A stretch of 64,000 nt of DNA from Octopus bimaculoides. Lineage: Eukaryota. The translations under genes were made by a program, and so were the position numbers. Location: contig NC_068986.1 in the NCBI RefSeq assembly GCF_001194135.2, positions 90,681,444 to 90,745,443 on the forward strand. The letters are read 5' to 3'. Below are positions 25,173-39,424 of this stretch, piece by piece; position 1 is the first letter of the stretch, and each line of letters opens with the position of its first letter. The notes beneath the pieces were generated by a model. The model saw only the letters and a list, made by a program, of their open reading frames with translations. It was not told where the DNA came from and did not search any database.

Positions 25173-25450
25173 TGTTCTTTGTTCACCTACTCCTTTTGAG
25201 CATTCTCCTCATTTTAACAAATACATCTTTTCTCTTTTCTCTCCTCTCTATTTGCTTAATACTACCACTACATTCTCACAATTTCTTTCACACCACCAGC
25301 CCCCTATGAATGAACAGCACATAGAATCTATGTCTCCACACTTTCCATTTGTAATGACAAAATATGAACTATCGGACAAGAAGCATTTTTACCACCTCTA
25401 TACGCACCACCTTCCTTGGATGATGGAACTGCAACTATAACATCCTACAT
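24790..25450. mobile_element. Probable Penelope-like element remnant
   Basis: Minus-strand CTGATGA...GAAACAGCTGTA hammerhead-like motif at about 24795-24842, and a decayed GIY-YIG-tail-like segment at 25250-25430. Confidence 0.4.
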
Positions 25451-25919
25451 ATATTATTATTTTTACTTTTATTCGCTTATTTTACCTTTATTCTCTTATA
25501 TATATACNNNNNNNNNNNNNNNNNNNNNNNNNNNNNNNNNNNNNNNNNNNNNNNNNNNNNNNNNNNNNNNNNNNNNNNNNNNNNNNNNNNNNNNNNNNNN
25601 NNNNNNNNNNNNNNNNNNNNNNNNNNNNNNNNNNNNNNNNNNNNNNNNNNNNNNNNNNNNNNNNNNNNNNNNNNNNNNNNNNNNNNNNNNNNNNNNNNNN
25701 NNNNNNNNNNNNNNNNNNNNNNNNNNNNNNNNNTATATATATACCAGCTATATATATATATATATATATACACACAGACAGACAGGCAGGGAGAGAGTTT
25801 GTGCATGTATGTACATGTGTAACTATAAAAGAATAATTTTAGTATGCATATACATATATGCATGCATACATACATACATACATACACACTGAGTGAGTAC
25901 TGCGTCATGCCTCTCCCAA

Positions 25920-27600
25920 AATATATAACATCACCAGTGAAACCATCCTGGCGGTTACTATGAAACTGTCAAGCGGAAAATCACCTGGGAGACACTATTG
26001 CTACAAAATACTCGCGCTCTACAGAAACATTTTCGCGACCCTGCCCAAAAAAACAATGGATGCTGAGCTAAGTATACCAGATTTGTTGACGTATGACGGA
26101 CATACCCTTGTAACCAAAACCTACAGGCCCATAGCATGCTTGAATGTTATGTACAAACTGGACACAGGCTGTTTGAATGTTTCTCTAAGAACACTTCAAA
26201 AGAAATGGTGTGAAAATTGATGAAGAAGCAGAGGAAAAGTAAGGGAGCTGGAGTTGTACGGAGCAGTTCTTCATCTGAGAAAGCCAAGAAACATCGACGT
26301 CACCTCTTAACAATATAGCAAAATTACAAGAAGGCGTTCAACTCTGTCCCTCTGTGTAGAGTTACTGTACTTTTCCAAAATACCAGCTGCTGTGACGAGT
26401 GTCATTGAAACGAAGCATAACATAGTCCACACAGTTATCACTGACAACTACTAAAGCAACATCTATTGTTACAAATAGAATTAAGCTATCAGCAGGCATA
26501 TTCTAGGGTGATACTTTATCTGTAGTGTTGTTTGTACTGGCAGTGAACCTCTTGTCTGTCCTGTTAACAAAATGCCAAGGCTACATGCAAGGATATGCAG
26601 AAAAGCATAAAAGTAATGTCACCTACACATTTTTTGTTGATAATCTAAAGTAATATTCTGGTAACATGAACAACGTCGAGAGACAATTAGAACTAGTCAC
26701 AGTTTGCGCAAAGCAAACACTCATGCATGATAGTCAACTGAGGAAAGATTGTCGACCAGATAAAAAACATGTACATTGATAGTTTGTCTATCTCCACTCG
26801 AAATCGATGAGAATATTGCATACGTTGGTACTGTGAGTAAAGCTAAAATAACAAAATAGTACTTCTGCAGACTCTGACAAATATGGAACTCAGAACTGTT
26901 TGCATTTAACAAGACCATATCTCACAATGTTATTGCAGAGTCAGCGCTAGTACCAATATTTGAAATATTGGCCTGGACACTTGATGAGATCCTCAGTCTG
27001 GATATCAAAACTAGAAAGATACTGACCACCGACGGTAACTTCCACATTAACAGTGACACGGATAGGATCTATGTGAGTAGAGATGGCAGTAGAGACATAA
27101 GGTCAGTCCATACAGCCTCCGAATGCTTCAATGTATCACTCAGACGACACCCGCTGAATAGTATCGAAAGAAATGAGTGCATTACATGCGTACTCAAACG
27201 AGAGCAACATCTTTAGTGTAGAGGAAAAACTACTGAGCAGGCACTATGAGCGTACAACTGTCCCATTCGTTCCAATGGAGGCTTGACTAGCCTACATTGG
27301 AGGAGAAGCACACATCATACCTGCAAAGGGTACATATCCCATAAGCTAGAAAATAATAGCAGCATTTACAGGAAGAATAGCCTCTTCTGGACTTGTGATT
27401 AATTCATTACCTCCCACCTAGAATATACCTTCGCTATCCAGAAATAGGAGATAGCTACAAAATACGAGTAAGCAACAGAAACAAAGATTCCACCAAACCT
27501 CCACGTTGTAATACAAAATGTCAGCAGCTGCCCCGAAATGTATCCATGATATTACTTGCCCCTGAGGCATGGTGTAAAGACTATTTACAATACTATCCAC
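25920..27600 (+). pseudogene. Decayed R4/Dong-like reverse transcriptase region
   Basis: KSPG, TYRPIACLNVMYKL, FVDNLK (YMDD-equivalent) and WTLDEILSLDIKTRKILT...SDTDRIYVSR, with many frameshifts. Confidence 0.75.
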
Positions 27601-27943
27601 AGGAAGGTTGTCTTGAAGGGATTGCTCTGAAAAGATTGTCTTGAGAGGATTGCCTTGACGTATGCACGAATAGCGAATCAGAACCTGAATGTATTCTCAC
27701 CATTATAAACAAGGAATACTATCATAATTATCTGATACATAGCGATTAATAATTAAATGTTTTTGGCAGTGTAATTATGTACATTTAGCATCAAAATTCT
27801 ATTTCACTATTAAATAGAACACTACACACATTTCACTTACCTTATGATCTTGAAGATGACTTCTACGTTCAGAAGTATATATATATATATATATACACAT
27901 ACACACACATACACACACACACACACAAACACATGCATACATA

Positions 27944-28000
<57 letters not shown>

Positions 28001-28127
28001 TTATATGTATATATATATACACACACATTTATGTGTCTATATATATATACACACATTTATATGTATATATATGTATGTGAGTGTGTGTGTATGTGTATGT
28101 ATATATGTGTGTGTGATTCTATGCATG

Positions 28128-28175
<48 letters not shown>

Positions 28176-29483
28176 TACGCCAGCTGTAAAGAAAATTTCC
28201 TAATAAATATGTCAGTACTCCAGGTTTTTTTTTTTTTCATATTCACAATTACGTTTTAATGTTTGTTTCCGATTTATCATGTGAGCCATGACACTGTAGG
28301 ATAACCCGACAAAATGTTTGGAATTTATACTTCTCTCCTTTGAGATGTTGAATTATTACCATCAATAATTATCGCCCGAACTATAAAGAATGATTTTTTA
28401 ACCATAAGAATAATGAAATTGACTCATTCACTCACGGCAGTGAGCGAATATATTCTTAAGATCAACTTTTAATTACTCGTGAGCACTTCTAAGCTTCATC
28501 ACAAATTCAGTTCTCAATCCAACTTAATGCGGTTTTTTTTTTTTAGCAATGATGGTCCAGTCCTTGACTGCATTTTGGGATAAAACAATTGAAATTTACT
28601 TCATTGTGAAAAAAAGTTAGGTCAAAATATGTGACGCCAAAAATGAGAGAGTTAGGCGAAAAATTGATTTTTGAATCGAAATATCAGTTATTTCAAAAGG
28701 AAAATATGGACTAATTGGGTTTTAAATAATTTGCTCACTGAGAAGAATCTTTTGATGAAAAAGTTGTGTAGCTTTTAAGTGAGGAAGAAGATGGTAAGTG
28801 ATCCACAAGATTGACTTTGAATCAAAATGACTCAGCTAGTGTANNNNNNNNNNNNNNNNNNNNNNNNNNNNNNNNNNNNNNNNNNNNNNNNNNNNNNNNN
28901 NNNNNNNNNNNNNNNNNNNNNNNNNNNNNNNNNNNNNNNNNNNNNNNNNNNNNNNNNNNNNNNNNNNNNNNNNNNNNNNNNNNNNNNNNNNNNNNNNNNN
29001 NNNNNNNNNNNNNNNNNNNNNNNNNNNNNNNNNNNNNNNNNNNNNNNNNNNNNNNNNNNNNNNNNNNNNNNNNNNNNNNNNNNNNNNNNNNNNNNNNNNN
29101 NNNNNNNNNNNNNNNNNNNNNNNNNNNNNNNNNNNNNNNNNNNNNNNNNNNNNNNNNNNNNNNNNNNNNNNNNNNNNNNNNNNNNNNNNNNNNNNNNNNN
29201 NNNNNNNNNNNNNNNNNNNNNNNNNNNNNNNNNNNNNNNNNNNNNNNNNNNNNNNNNNNNNNNNNNNNNNNNNNNNNNNNNNNNNNNNNNNNNNNNNNNN
29301 NNNNNNNNNNNNNNNNNNNNNNNNNNNNNNNNNNNNNNNNNNNNNNNNNNNNNNNNNNNNNNNNNNNNNNNNNNNNNNNNNNNNNNNNNNNNNNNNNNNN
29401 NNNNNNNNNNNNNNNNNNNNNNNNNNNNNNNNNNNNNNNNNNNNNNNNNNNNNNNNNNNNNNNNNNNNNNNNNNNNNNNNNNN

Positions 29484-29690
29484 NGTGTCTGTTATCTCCC
29501 ATCACTGCTTGACAACTGGTGTTGGTGTATTTACATCCCCGTAACTTTGCGGTTCGGCAAAAATGACTGATAGAATAAGTACAAGGCTTTAAAAAGTCCT
29601 GGAGTTTATTTGTTCGACTAAAACCCTCCAAGGCCATGTCCCAGCATGGTCCCAGTCAAATGACGGAAACAAAGGATTAAAAAAAAAACG
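29484..29690 (+). mobile_element. SINE family S3, 3' half, directly after an N gap
   Basis: atcactgcttgacaactggtgttggtg...cagcatggtcccagtcaaatgacggaaac tail. Confidence 0.8.
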
Positions 29691-29939
29691 ATCAGTTTAA
29701 ATTTTAAATATTTTTGTCATATTAAGATATTTAGCGTTATAAAAGAAGTTATTACGTGTCTTGGGCCACTTAGCGTAATTGTACAGAGCACTTAACTGGA
29801 GTTTGAGAGGTACTTGGTTCGATTTTATGTAGCGTACTGCTAGCAACTTCTTTTTTTTCTCCCCTTTTTGCTAAGGGAATGTAGACGATCTTCTAAGCGG
29901 TTTTCACAGCTGTGCTGCGTTCAAGATTTACTTCAGATG

Positions 29940-30112
29940 AAAGGGCTCTTGGTATGTTATCGTTCCTGTAACTTAGTGGTTCAGCAAAATGACCGATGAA
30001 ATAAGTCCTAGGCTTTAAAAAATAATTACTGTCGACGATTAGTTCGACTAAAATTCTTCGAGGCGGTACCCCAGCATGGCCGCTATCTAATGTCTGAAAC
30101 AAGTAAAAGATA
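29940..30112 (+). mobile_element. SINE family S3, 3' fragment
   Basis: gtaacttagtggttcagcaaaatgaccg...ggcggtaccccagcatggccg...tgaaacaagtaaaaga. Confidence 0.75.
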
Positions 30113-30460
30113 TATAGGGCAGGCTTTGTGTAGGTGAGCCAAATTCATTCACAAGGTGATCTATTAGTCCCAAAACACAGGCACTCATATATTTGTCAAT
30201 AAATTGTGTGTATATTAATCTTTACACTATACAATAGTATAGATACATTTCAAGCGATTTTACCAATCGGTTTGGCACGCGAATTAGGTAATTAGGTGAT
30301 AATCCAAGACAGCAGTAGTCAGAGTGGGTGGTATGTAAAATATGACAGGAAGTCAGCAAGTGTCACATCCGGTTTGTGGATGTTGTGATATATATATATT
30401 TTCTAATTGCTAGTGCGTGTGTTTTTATTGGCTAAACTGGCAATATGACCATCCCCAAGT

Positions 30461-30504
<44 letters not shown>

Positions 30505-33270
30505 NNNNNNNNNNNNNNNNNNNNNNNNNNNNNNNNNNNNNNNNNNNNNNNNNNNNNNNNNNNNNNNNNNNNNNNNNNNNNNNNNNNNNNNNNNNNNNNN
30601 NNNNNNNNNNNNNNNNNNNNNNNNNNNNNNNNNNNNNNNNNNNNNNNNNNNNNNNNNNNNNNNNNNNNNNNNNNNNNNNNNNNNNNNNNNNNNNNNNNNN
30701 NNNNNNNNNNNNNNNNNNNNNNNNNNNNNNNNNNNNNNNNNNNNNNNNNNNNNNNNNNNNNNNNNNNNNNNNNNNNNNNNNNNNNNNNNNNNNNNNNNNN
30801 NNNNNNNNNNNNNNNNNNNNNNNNNNNNNNNNNNNNNNNNNNNNNNNNNNNNNNNNNNNNNNNNNNNNNNNNNNNNNNNNNNNNNNNNNNNNNNNNNNNN
30901 NNNNNNNNNNNNNNNNNNNNNNNNNNNNNNNNNNNNNNNNNNNNNNNNNNNNNNNNNNNNNNNNNNNNNNNNNNNNNNNNNNNNNNNNNNNNNNNNNNNN
31001 NNNNNNNNNNNNNNNNNNNNNNNNNNNNNNNNNNNNNNNNNNNNNNNNNNNNNNNNNNNNNNNNNNNNNNNNNNNNNNNNNNNNNNNNNNNNNNNNNNNN
31101 NNNNNNNNNNNNNNNNNNNNNNNNNNNNNNNNNNNNNNNNNNNNNNNNNNNNNNNNNNNNNNNNNNNNNNNNNNNNNNNNNNNNNNNNNNNNNNNNNNNN
31201 NNNNNNNNNNNNNNNNNNNNNNNNNNNNNNNNNNNNNNNNNNNNNNNNNNNNNNNNNNNNNNNNNNNNNNNNNNNNNNNNNNNNNNNNNNNNNNNNNNNN
31301 NNNNNNNNNNNNNNNNNNNNNNNNNNNNNNNNAAATTAGAACTCATATAAAATCTTTAAACACAAAATAGCGCATCATTTTTAGTTTAATTCATAGTAAA
31401 ATTTACCTACATCAATTGCCTAATATACAACGCCCTATTAACCTTACTTTTTCTTTTTCATATTTCATTGTACCTCAATATCATTCATTTACGACTTCCA
31501 ATTTATTCACCAATTTGTTTAGCAATGATAAGAGTTATTTATGTTCTTGGCTTTTTTAGTGAGAGTTTTCTAAATCTACGATCCTAATTCATCATTTCAA
31601 CGTTCCTAGAAACATCTTTAGTTTTAAAACAATCATAGTTTAAGTATTTATTCTCGTAACAAGATTTATCCCAAACATTTAAATTTCTCATTATATGACG
31701 CATAATTTACTGATCAACATAATATTATTTTATTTTCAAATATCGATAAAACTTTTACACTAATAGATATGTTACGGAATTTCTGTAGTAAACCTTGTTT
31801 ATAATATTAACTTTGTCTTCTTAAGCAATATTTATTCTTTTAACCCCTTTTTCAGCCCAACTTTTCTTACATATATTAATAAAATAATCAATTTATGTAG
31901 ATTAATAGACCACCCATTAACTTTATTATTTATTTATTTATTAATTAATTTTCAATCATTTAATATCTCATTTACTAATATATGAATTACCCTCCGATAA
32001 ATATCCCTCCACATTATTACTAATTACCAAACATCGACAGTATTTATATACGTACTAAGGAGTGTATAATTTTACGTATGAATCTCTATGTAAATACGTG
32101 TAACAACACATACATAAAAAAAAATATATATGTGTGTGTGCGAATGTATGTGTATGAATGTTCATATATACACGTGTATCTGTGTGTGTGGGTGTGTGTA
32201 TACATTCATATTTTAGTATGAAACTATGTGTTTGTGTAGATTTTTGAATATATATATATATNNNNNNNNNNNNNNNNNNNNNNNNNNNNNNNNNNNNNNN
32301 NNNNNNNNNNNNNNNNNNNNNNNNNNNNNNNNNNNNNNNNNNNNNNNNNNNNNNNNNNNNNNNNNNNNNNNNNNNNNNNNNNNNNNNNNNNNNNNNNNNN
32401 NNNNNNNNNNNNNNNNNNNNNNNNNNNNNNNNNNNNNNNNNNNNNNNNNNNNNNNNNNNNNNNNNNNNNNNNNNNNNNNNNNNNNNNNNNNNNNNNNNNN
32501 NNNNNNNNNNNNNNNNNNNNNNNNNNNNNNNNNNNNNNNNNNNNNNNNNNNNNNNNNNNNNNNNNNNNNNNNNNNNNNNNNNNNNNNNNNNNNNNNNNNN
32601 NNNNNNNNNNNNNNNNNNNNNNNNNNNNNNNNNNNNNNNNNNNNNNNNNNNNNNNNNNNNNNNNNNNNNNNNNNNNNNNNNNNNNNNNNNNNNNNNNNNN
32701 NNNNNNNNNNNNNNNNNNNNNNNNNNNNNNNNNNNNNNNNNNNNNNNNNNNNNNNNNNNNNNNNNNNNNNNNNNNNNNNNNNNNNNNNNNNNNNNNNNNN
32801 NNNNNNNNNNNNNNNNNNNNNNNNNNNNNNNNNNNNNNNNNNNNNNNNNNNNNNNNNNNNNNNNNNNNNNNNNNNNNNNNNNNNNNNNNNNNNNNNNNNN
32901 NNNNNNNNNNNNNNNNNNNNNNNNNNNNNNNNNNNNNNNNNNNNNNNNNNNNNNNNNNNNNNNNNNNNNNNNNNNNNNNNNNNNNNNNNNNNNNNNNNNN
33001 NNNNNNNNNNNNNNNNNNNNNNNNNNNNNNNNNNNNNNNNNNNNNNNNNNNNNNNNNNNNNNNNNNNNNNNNNNNNNNNNNNNNNNNNNNNNNNTATATA
33101 TATATATATATATTACTGTTATTATTTATAAAAAAATATTTATGAATATGTATGTATATATGCTTGGTTGGATGCATGTATGTTTATGTATTTTTATATA
33201 TACACATATATGTGTGTACGTGTGGATATGTATGTGTGTATATGTATATATATATGTATATATGTATATA

Positions 33271-33325
<55 letters not shown>

Positions 33326-35049
33326 GTGTGGTTGCACGTTTATGTATGCATGTGTGTTTATGTATGTGCTTATGTGGGTATACACAAGATTAACCCCCAT
33401 TTATAATGCCTTTTTATTACATAACATTCCTCTCCAATTTTTATCGGATTTATATCCTATCGTCTCCTAATTCTACACTCTGAATTTTCTTTCCCCCTTT
33501 TTTCTTTTTTCTTTTATCTTCTTCCCTTCTTGTCCAACGGACTATCTGGTAGCGTCCTAATCTCTAACGGGTTTTTCAAATGAATTACGTTATAACCTTC
33601 TCTAACTATAGTTCTCATATTCGATTATAATGTCTTACGTTTAAGCTGGTTCCCATACTTTTCCCTGAGGAGAAGTTTACATTTTTAATATCGCCGATTC
33701 CTATGGATCGCATAAATTGTAATTCTTCGAAACATATGTCGGAATAAAAGTATGCAGTTATAATATGCGTTTNNNNNNNNNNGAGACTTGCGTAGATTTT
33801 TTTTAATAAATCGACCTATTCTAATATCTATATAGACCTAGAAAAGCAGAAGTAACTGATCTCTGACTTATTTTAAGCAGCCAAAAGCTTGGTTGTTAAA
33901 TGACGGAGCCCAATTTCACAATGAAATTAAATATAGGTTTATTAAACATAAGGATATGGCACCGTAAATATGTCAACTAATACACCTTATATTGCTGACA
34001 GCAATAAAGTTCAGATTTTCATAACGAAAGTAGATTAGCGTTATTTGTTATATTTTCAGAAATTTAAATTTATGATTCTTTAGGTCATTTTGGTTTAGTT
34101 TCCTAATCTAAAGTACTCTAAACTACCCATTTAACTTAAAATTCTTAATATCTACAAAAATTACAGGCCCAACCACAGTTTGTTTATATAATTCTGTAAA
34201 AATTGCTGTGTTAAATGTTTGCAATAAACAACAGACACACGTAACACATTGCACTCGTAAAATTGGTCTTAACATGTATTTCTGCATTATTCATAAGATA
34301 AGCATCAGTTTTAAGTCAAGAATGACATGTTCATAGCTTGATTTACAGTTAGCGTTTGTTAATCATTCTTCATAGATATATGGATGATCACGTATATGTG
34401 AATGCATGTATACATGTTTACGCATACACATGCATGCATAAACTCCCGCGTGCACACACACGCACATATAGTATTAACACCTACTCCCGCATCACCCGCT
34501 GAGGCCTCTTATTCATGTAGGGACCACCAAAATTTCGCAACCATACCTTTTACTCCAAAATCATTGAAGTGCAATGTAACAAACTTAGCAAATTAAACTT
34601 GGGCATTTAGTAGTTGAAATGAATAAACTTTATGTAAATGATAGCAAAAAATGTGGCCTTTATACAGCCCCACAAAAGACTAATACTAAAGAACTTGAGT
34701 TCGTTAATATTAGGGATATATTTGAATGCGAAATCGGAAAGTGTTCTGTGTTTGCAAACACTCTGCCAGGTGCATATTGTTGCATCAATTACTTACGTAT
34801 TTCGTTATATAAGTATACAAGAGAATACCCCAAAATAACCGGAAACGTTCTCTGTGGAACGAACTCGTTGTAGTTCAGGCTTCTGCCGCTAGAAGCCATT
34901 TGATGCGACCCTCAGCATGGGGTTCCTTCTCAAAGAACAAATCACAAAAATAAATAACAGAAAGAAAAAAACAAGACCTTATTTGTAAAAAAATTTGGAC
35001 CTGGGTTTGCACCCCCTAAACAAATTTCGTTCCTGCGCAACTGACCCTC

Positions 35050-35400
35050 AGACGTCAGTAAGTGGACCGGCGTCGTCGTGGGTAGTCCTACTACAGCGTG
35101 GTGCGTCTTTGCTTTGCTGTGCTTCTTCTTTGTTCATCGATTTTAGCGATGGCTGAAACGAAGGAACAACGTGCTTCCATGAAATTTTGTTTCCTACTGG
35201 GGAAAACGGTGGCCGAAACAGTTGTCATGCTTTTAACAGCTTACAAGAATCCTACACTTTTAATTTCACGATGCCAGTCAGTTCAACCAAAAAAGTTGTG
35301 TTATCTGCAAAGAAATCAAGACAAGTTAAGCACAGAAGACTGTTTTCCTTCGAAAAGCTGTCACTTATGACGATGAACGAAGACATGTTGGCCAGCCAGT
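35050..35400 (+). mobile_element. Mariner transposase 5' fragment
   Basis: MAETKEQRASMKFCFLLGKTVAETVVMLLTAYK matches the mariner N-terminal HTH consensus. Confidence 0.75.
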
Positions 35401-35414
35401 CACACTGCCGTCAA

Positions 35415-35648
35415 TATATTCACAGCAGGAAGGCGGCGAGCAGGCAGAATCGTTAGCACGTCGGACGAAATGCTTAACGGTATTTCGTCTGTCTTTATGT
35501 TCAGAGTTCAAATTCCGCCGAAGTTGACTTTGCCTTTCATCCTTTCGGGGTCGATAAATTAAGTACCAGTTACATACTGGGGTCGATCTAATCGACTGGT
35601 CCGCCTCCCCAAAAATTTCGGGCCTTGTGCCTAGAGTAGAAAAGAATA
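35415..35648 (+). mobile_element. Full-length SINE family S2
   Basis: Complete head, core and tail, ending ccttgtgcctagagtagaaaaga. Confidence 0.88.
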
Positions 35649-35915
35649 TTCACAGGAGGACAGTGACATATATATATGAATGAACTCAAGATGCAATGAC
35701 TTATGCCAGAAAATTTGGCCGGTTTGATCCCTTCATTACATTCATTACATGTAATGTGAAATGCGCAGGAACATTCAATGAACTCTTGCGACATTACTTG
35801 CATTTCCTGCTGCAACAAAGAAATGGCGTCTGGAAATTTCCCTTGTCAAGGTGTCAAACTATTGTACAGCCTTAGAATATTTTCGCTAATTTGGAGCAAA
35901 GGACATGATCTCTCT

Positions 35916-35949
<34 letters not shown>

Positions 35950-36134
35950 ATGTAGTGAGGGCGCATGGTTAGGGTATTGCGCTGTCGATCTAGTGATCGT
36001 GATTTCAATTCCTAGACCGCGTGTTGCGTTGTGTTCTTGCTCTGTGATCACTTCGACGGAAGAGTCCATCTGATGTGTATGTGTGTGTGTGTGATATGTG
36101 TATGTGTATGTGCGTATGTGTGTGTGTGTGTCTA

Positions 36135-36292
36135 CATACGAAGGGCTTCTTTCAGTTTCTCTCTGCGAAATCCACTCATTAGCTTTTGTTTGACTATAGT
36201 GAAAAACACTTGTCCAAGGTGCCACGTAGTAGAACTGAACCTGGAACTATGTGGTTAGAAAGCAAGCTTCTTACCACACACCTACGCCCGTG
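36135..36292 (-). mobile_element. SINE family S3, 5' half (tRNA head plus CORE-like segment), running into a microsatellite
   Basis: tgtgtggtaagaagcttgc...ggttcagttc...ggcaccttggacaagtg...gaaactgaaagaagccc. Confidence 0.75.
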
Positions 36293-37351
36293 CCTAGATT
36301 CTACATTTTCTCTCTTATTGAGTTTTGTCAGTCTTTGTCAATATCAAGTTTGTTTTAAGGGCTTATTTTTATCTGTTAGCTATAACCAGCGTTCTTTACT
36401 TCCAACGAGCACAACTTGTTGCATGAATTGGCCATGTAATTCCTGCTCTTTCCAACTATTTGCTCTATCGTTCTTCATATTTTTATTCTACCACGTGGTC
36501 ACTTCTAATAATGGTGATGTAATTATTTTGTTGCTTTATTTATTTATTTATTTATTTATGTCTTCTCACTTTTGTGCTATTTTGCTAGAGCAAGATTTCA
36601 ACTACTATTCCTACTCCTGCTATTCCTCCTCCTGCTATTCCTCCTCCCCTCCTCCCCTCCTCCTCCTCCTCCTCCTACTACTACTACTACATAAGCATGA
36701 TGGCTCCACCTCCCTTCCTCTCAGTTTGCCTTCTTTCTTTCTTTCTCTCTTTCACTCCCTCTCTCTACTTCCCACTCTCTGTTCGCTATCAATTTCTTCT
36801 ACCTGATCTTTTATATTTATTTTAGTAGCACTCTACGTTGAATCTTGGAGGAGTCGTCTATGCATTTGCTAGCCCATATTTTACAAAAGTTAAGACTTCC
36901 TGTCAATTATGCTTTCTTCCACTCCTTTTTTTTCCTTTTTTTTTTTTGCCAGCCACAACCAAAAATCTTTTTTTTTTTTCTTTTTCTGTTACGTGGTCAC
37001 TTCTAACGATGATGAAAGTGGTGTTACTTTTCACATTCCTTATATCAATAACTCTTGAAATAAGCCTATACACCCATAATCTAATTTTTCTATCTTCGAT
37101 CGCATTGTTTACGTAGCAGTATTCGTATACGAAACGTCGAAAATTTCAGTTCTGGCTCTGAGCTCTATAGCAAATCTGTAGAGATAAACTTTTTAAAAAA
37201 TTGTGATGTTGATGTGTTTTTGTCTATTTCTTCTCTTTTTTGTGGTATTTCGCTAGAGCAACAGGCTTCCTCACCTCTTCTAAGCAACAACAGCTATTAC
37301 CAAGTCGAAACAACAACTACTTGTATTACTTCTGTTATTGTTATTATTATT

Positions 37352-37901
37352 GAGTGAGAGAGCAGCACACACCATCAAAGTGATGCTGAGATACAAATAT
37401 ACGAAGACCAGTATACCCATCATGACTACCTGTTTGATAAGGGTAGACTAGGCACATGCCTCACAACCATATTTGCACGACATGGTGATCTCGTATCAAG
37501 GTAAATAGCGTATGATCTTGCAGGTGGGACCCAGTTAGAATTTTCTTCAGGCCGAGTAACCCATCCTGCTCAAAAGGTCCCCGAATAAGGGTTATGTAAG
37601 GATGGTGAACGAAACACCTATGTTTCCAGAGGTGAAATATTCAAATCCCCAAAGAATTCCTTTCAATACATGGCTATGATGCTCCCCCACTACTTCTGCT
37701 CAAGATCAGAGATGCATATATCGTCTGCCATTAAGGGACATACTCAACTAGTTAAGGTCAATCAACTGACAATTAAAACTGAGTAGGACATTCGCTGTAA
37801 CCCATATTTTATACCAAGACAAAACATAAACATGTTAGCACTTCCAATCAGTTAATATCAGAAGCCACGAGAGCCATTACCTGGTACTGTACCAGGGCAT
37901 T
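37352..37901 (-). mobile_element. ~550-bp element embedded in (TAA)n (longest copy in the window)
   Basis: Flanked by (ATT)n on both sides; homologous to 330-632 and 38925-39360; no ORF. Confidence 0.75.
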
Positions 37902-37911
37902 TATCATTATG

Positions 37912-37968
<57 letters not shown>

Positions 37969-38633
37969 GTTCAGTAGTTTTATTTTTATAACGTGCTTTC
38001 ACTTCACTACCGAGCGCAGCTCTGTGTGCCTTGGGTATGTGCTGTGGTTTGCTGTGATGCTCTTATGGTTACTGTATTGAAAGTGTTTTGCGTAGGATGT
38101 GTGCTGTGCCCAGTAGTGCAATTTTCTGTATGTTATATATATTTGTANNNNNNNNNNNNNNNNNNNNNNNNNNNNNNNNNNNNNNNNNNNNNNNNNNNNN
38201 NNNNNNNNNNNNNNNNNNNNNNNNNNNNNNNNNNNNNNNNNNNNNNNNNNNNNNNNNNNNNNNNNNNNNNNNNNNNNNNNNNNNNNNNNNNNNNNNNNNN
38301 NNNNNNNNNNNNNNNNNNNNNNNNNNNNNNNNNNNNNNNNNNNNNNNNNNNNNNNNNNNNNNNNNNNNNNNNNNNNNNNNNNNNNNNNNNNNNNNNNNNN
38401 NNNNNNNNNNNNNNNNNNNNNNNNNNNNNNNNNNNNNNNNNNNNNNNNNNNNNNNNNNNNNNNNNNNNNNNNNNNNNNNNNNNNNNNNNNNNNNNNNNNN
38501 NNNNNNNNNNNNNNNNNNNNNNNNNNNNNNNNNNNNNNNNNNNNNNNNNNNNNNNNNNNNNNNNNNNNNNNNNNNNNNNNNNNNNNNNNNNNNNNNNNNN
38601 NNNNNNNNNNNNNNNNNNNNNNNNNNNNNNNNN

Positions 38634-38634
<1 letters not shown>

Positions 38635-38701
<67 letters not shown>

Positions 38702-39360
38702 TAAGACGTCACATAGTATCCAATATTGTTATGTTGTTGGTTGAAGATATTGTGTCTACCGGGTGTCTGTCAAGTCACAACAAGGACCTCAGGCAGACAG
38801 TACTTTACGTGAAATGCGTGCAGTTCCAAGTAAAGCCGATTTTTGCAATACACCGAGATTGTAGGGTTTTTCTAAAGGTTCTGGATGTTTCTTTAGGTTG
38901 GTTGGTATTGAACTCAATGCTCCGATGTGCACGATATGGTGATTTCATATCGAGATAAACAGTGCATGACCTTGCTGATGGGGTCCAGTTAGAATTTTCT
39001 TCAGGTCGAGTAGCCCATACCACTCAAATGGTCTTCGAATAAGGTTTGTTTAACGATGTTGAATGAAACACCTATGTTTCCAGAGGTGAAATATTCAAAT
39101 TCCAAAGAATTCCTCTCAACACATGGCTATGATGTTCTCCCACTACTTCTGCTCGTGATCCGAGATGCACATATCGTGAACACTGAGGGACATGCTCAAC
39201 TGGTTACGGTCAAACAACTGACAAGCAAATCTGTGGTTTTAAGCAGAATATTTGCTGTAACCCATCTTTTATACCAAGACAAAACAATGTACATGATAAC
39301 ACTTCTAATCAATTAAGATAGAAGCCATGAGAGCTACTGACTGGTACTGCATCAAGACAT
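38635..39360 (-). mobile_element. Bipartite element: 5' part of the 550-bp repeat fused to an R4/Dong RLE C-terminus, 3'UTR and (TAA)n tail
   Basis: IGALSSIPTNLKKHPEPLEKPYNLGVLQKSALLGTARISRKVLSA* begins where similarity to the 37352-37901 copy ends (about 38925). Confidence 0.7.
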
Positions 39361-39388
39361 TATTATTATTATCATCATTATCATCACT

Positions 39389-39424
<36 letters not shown>

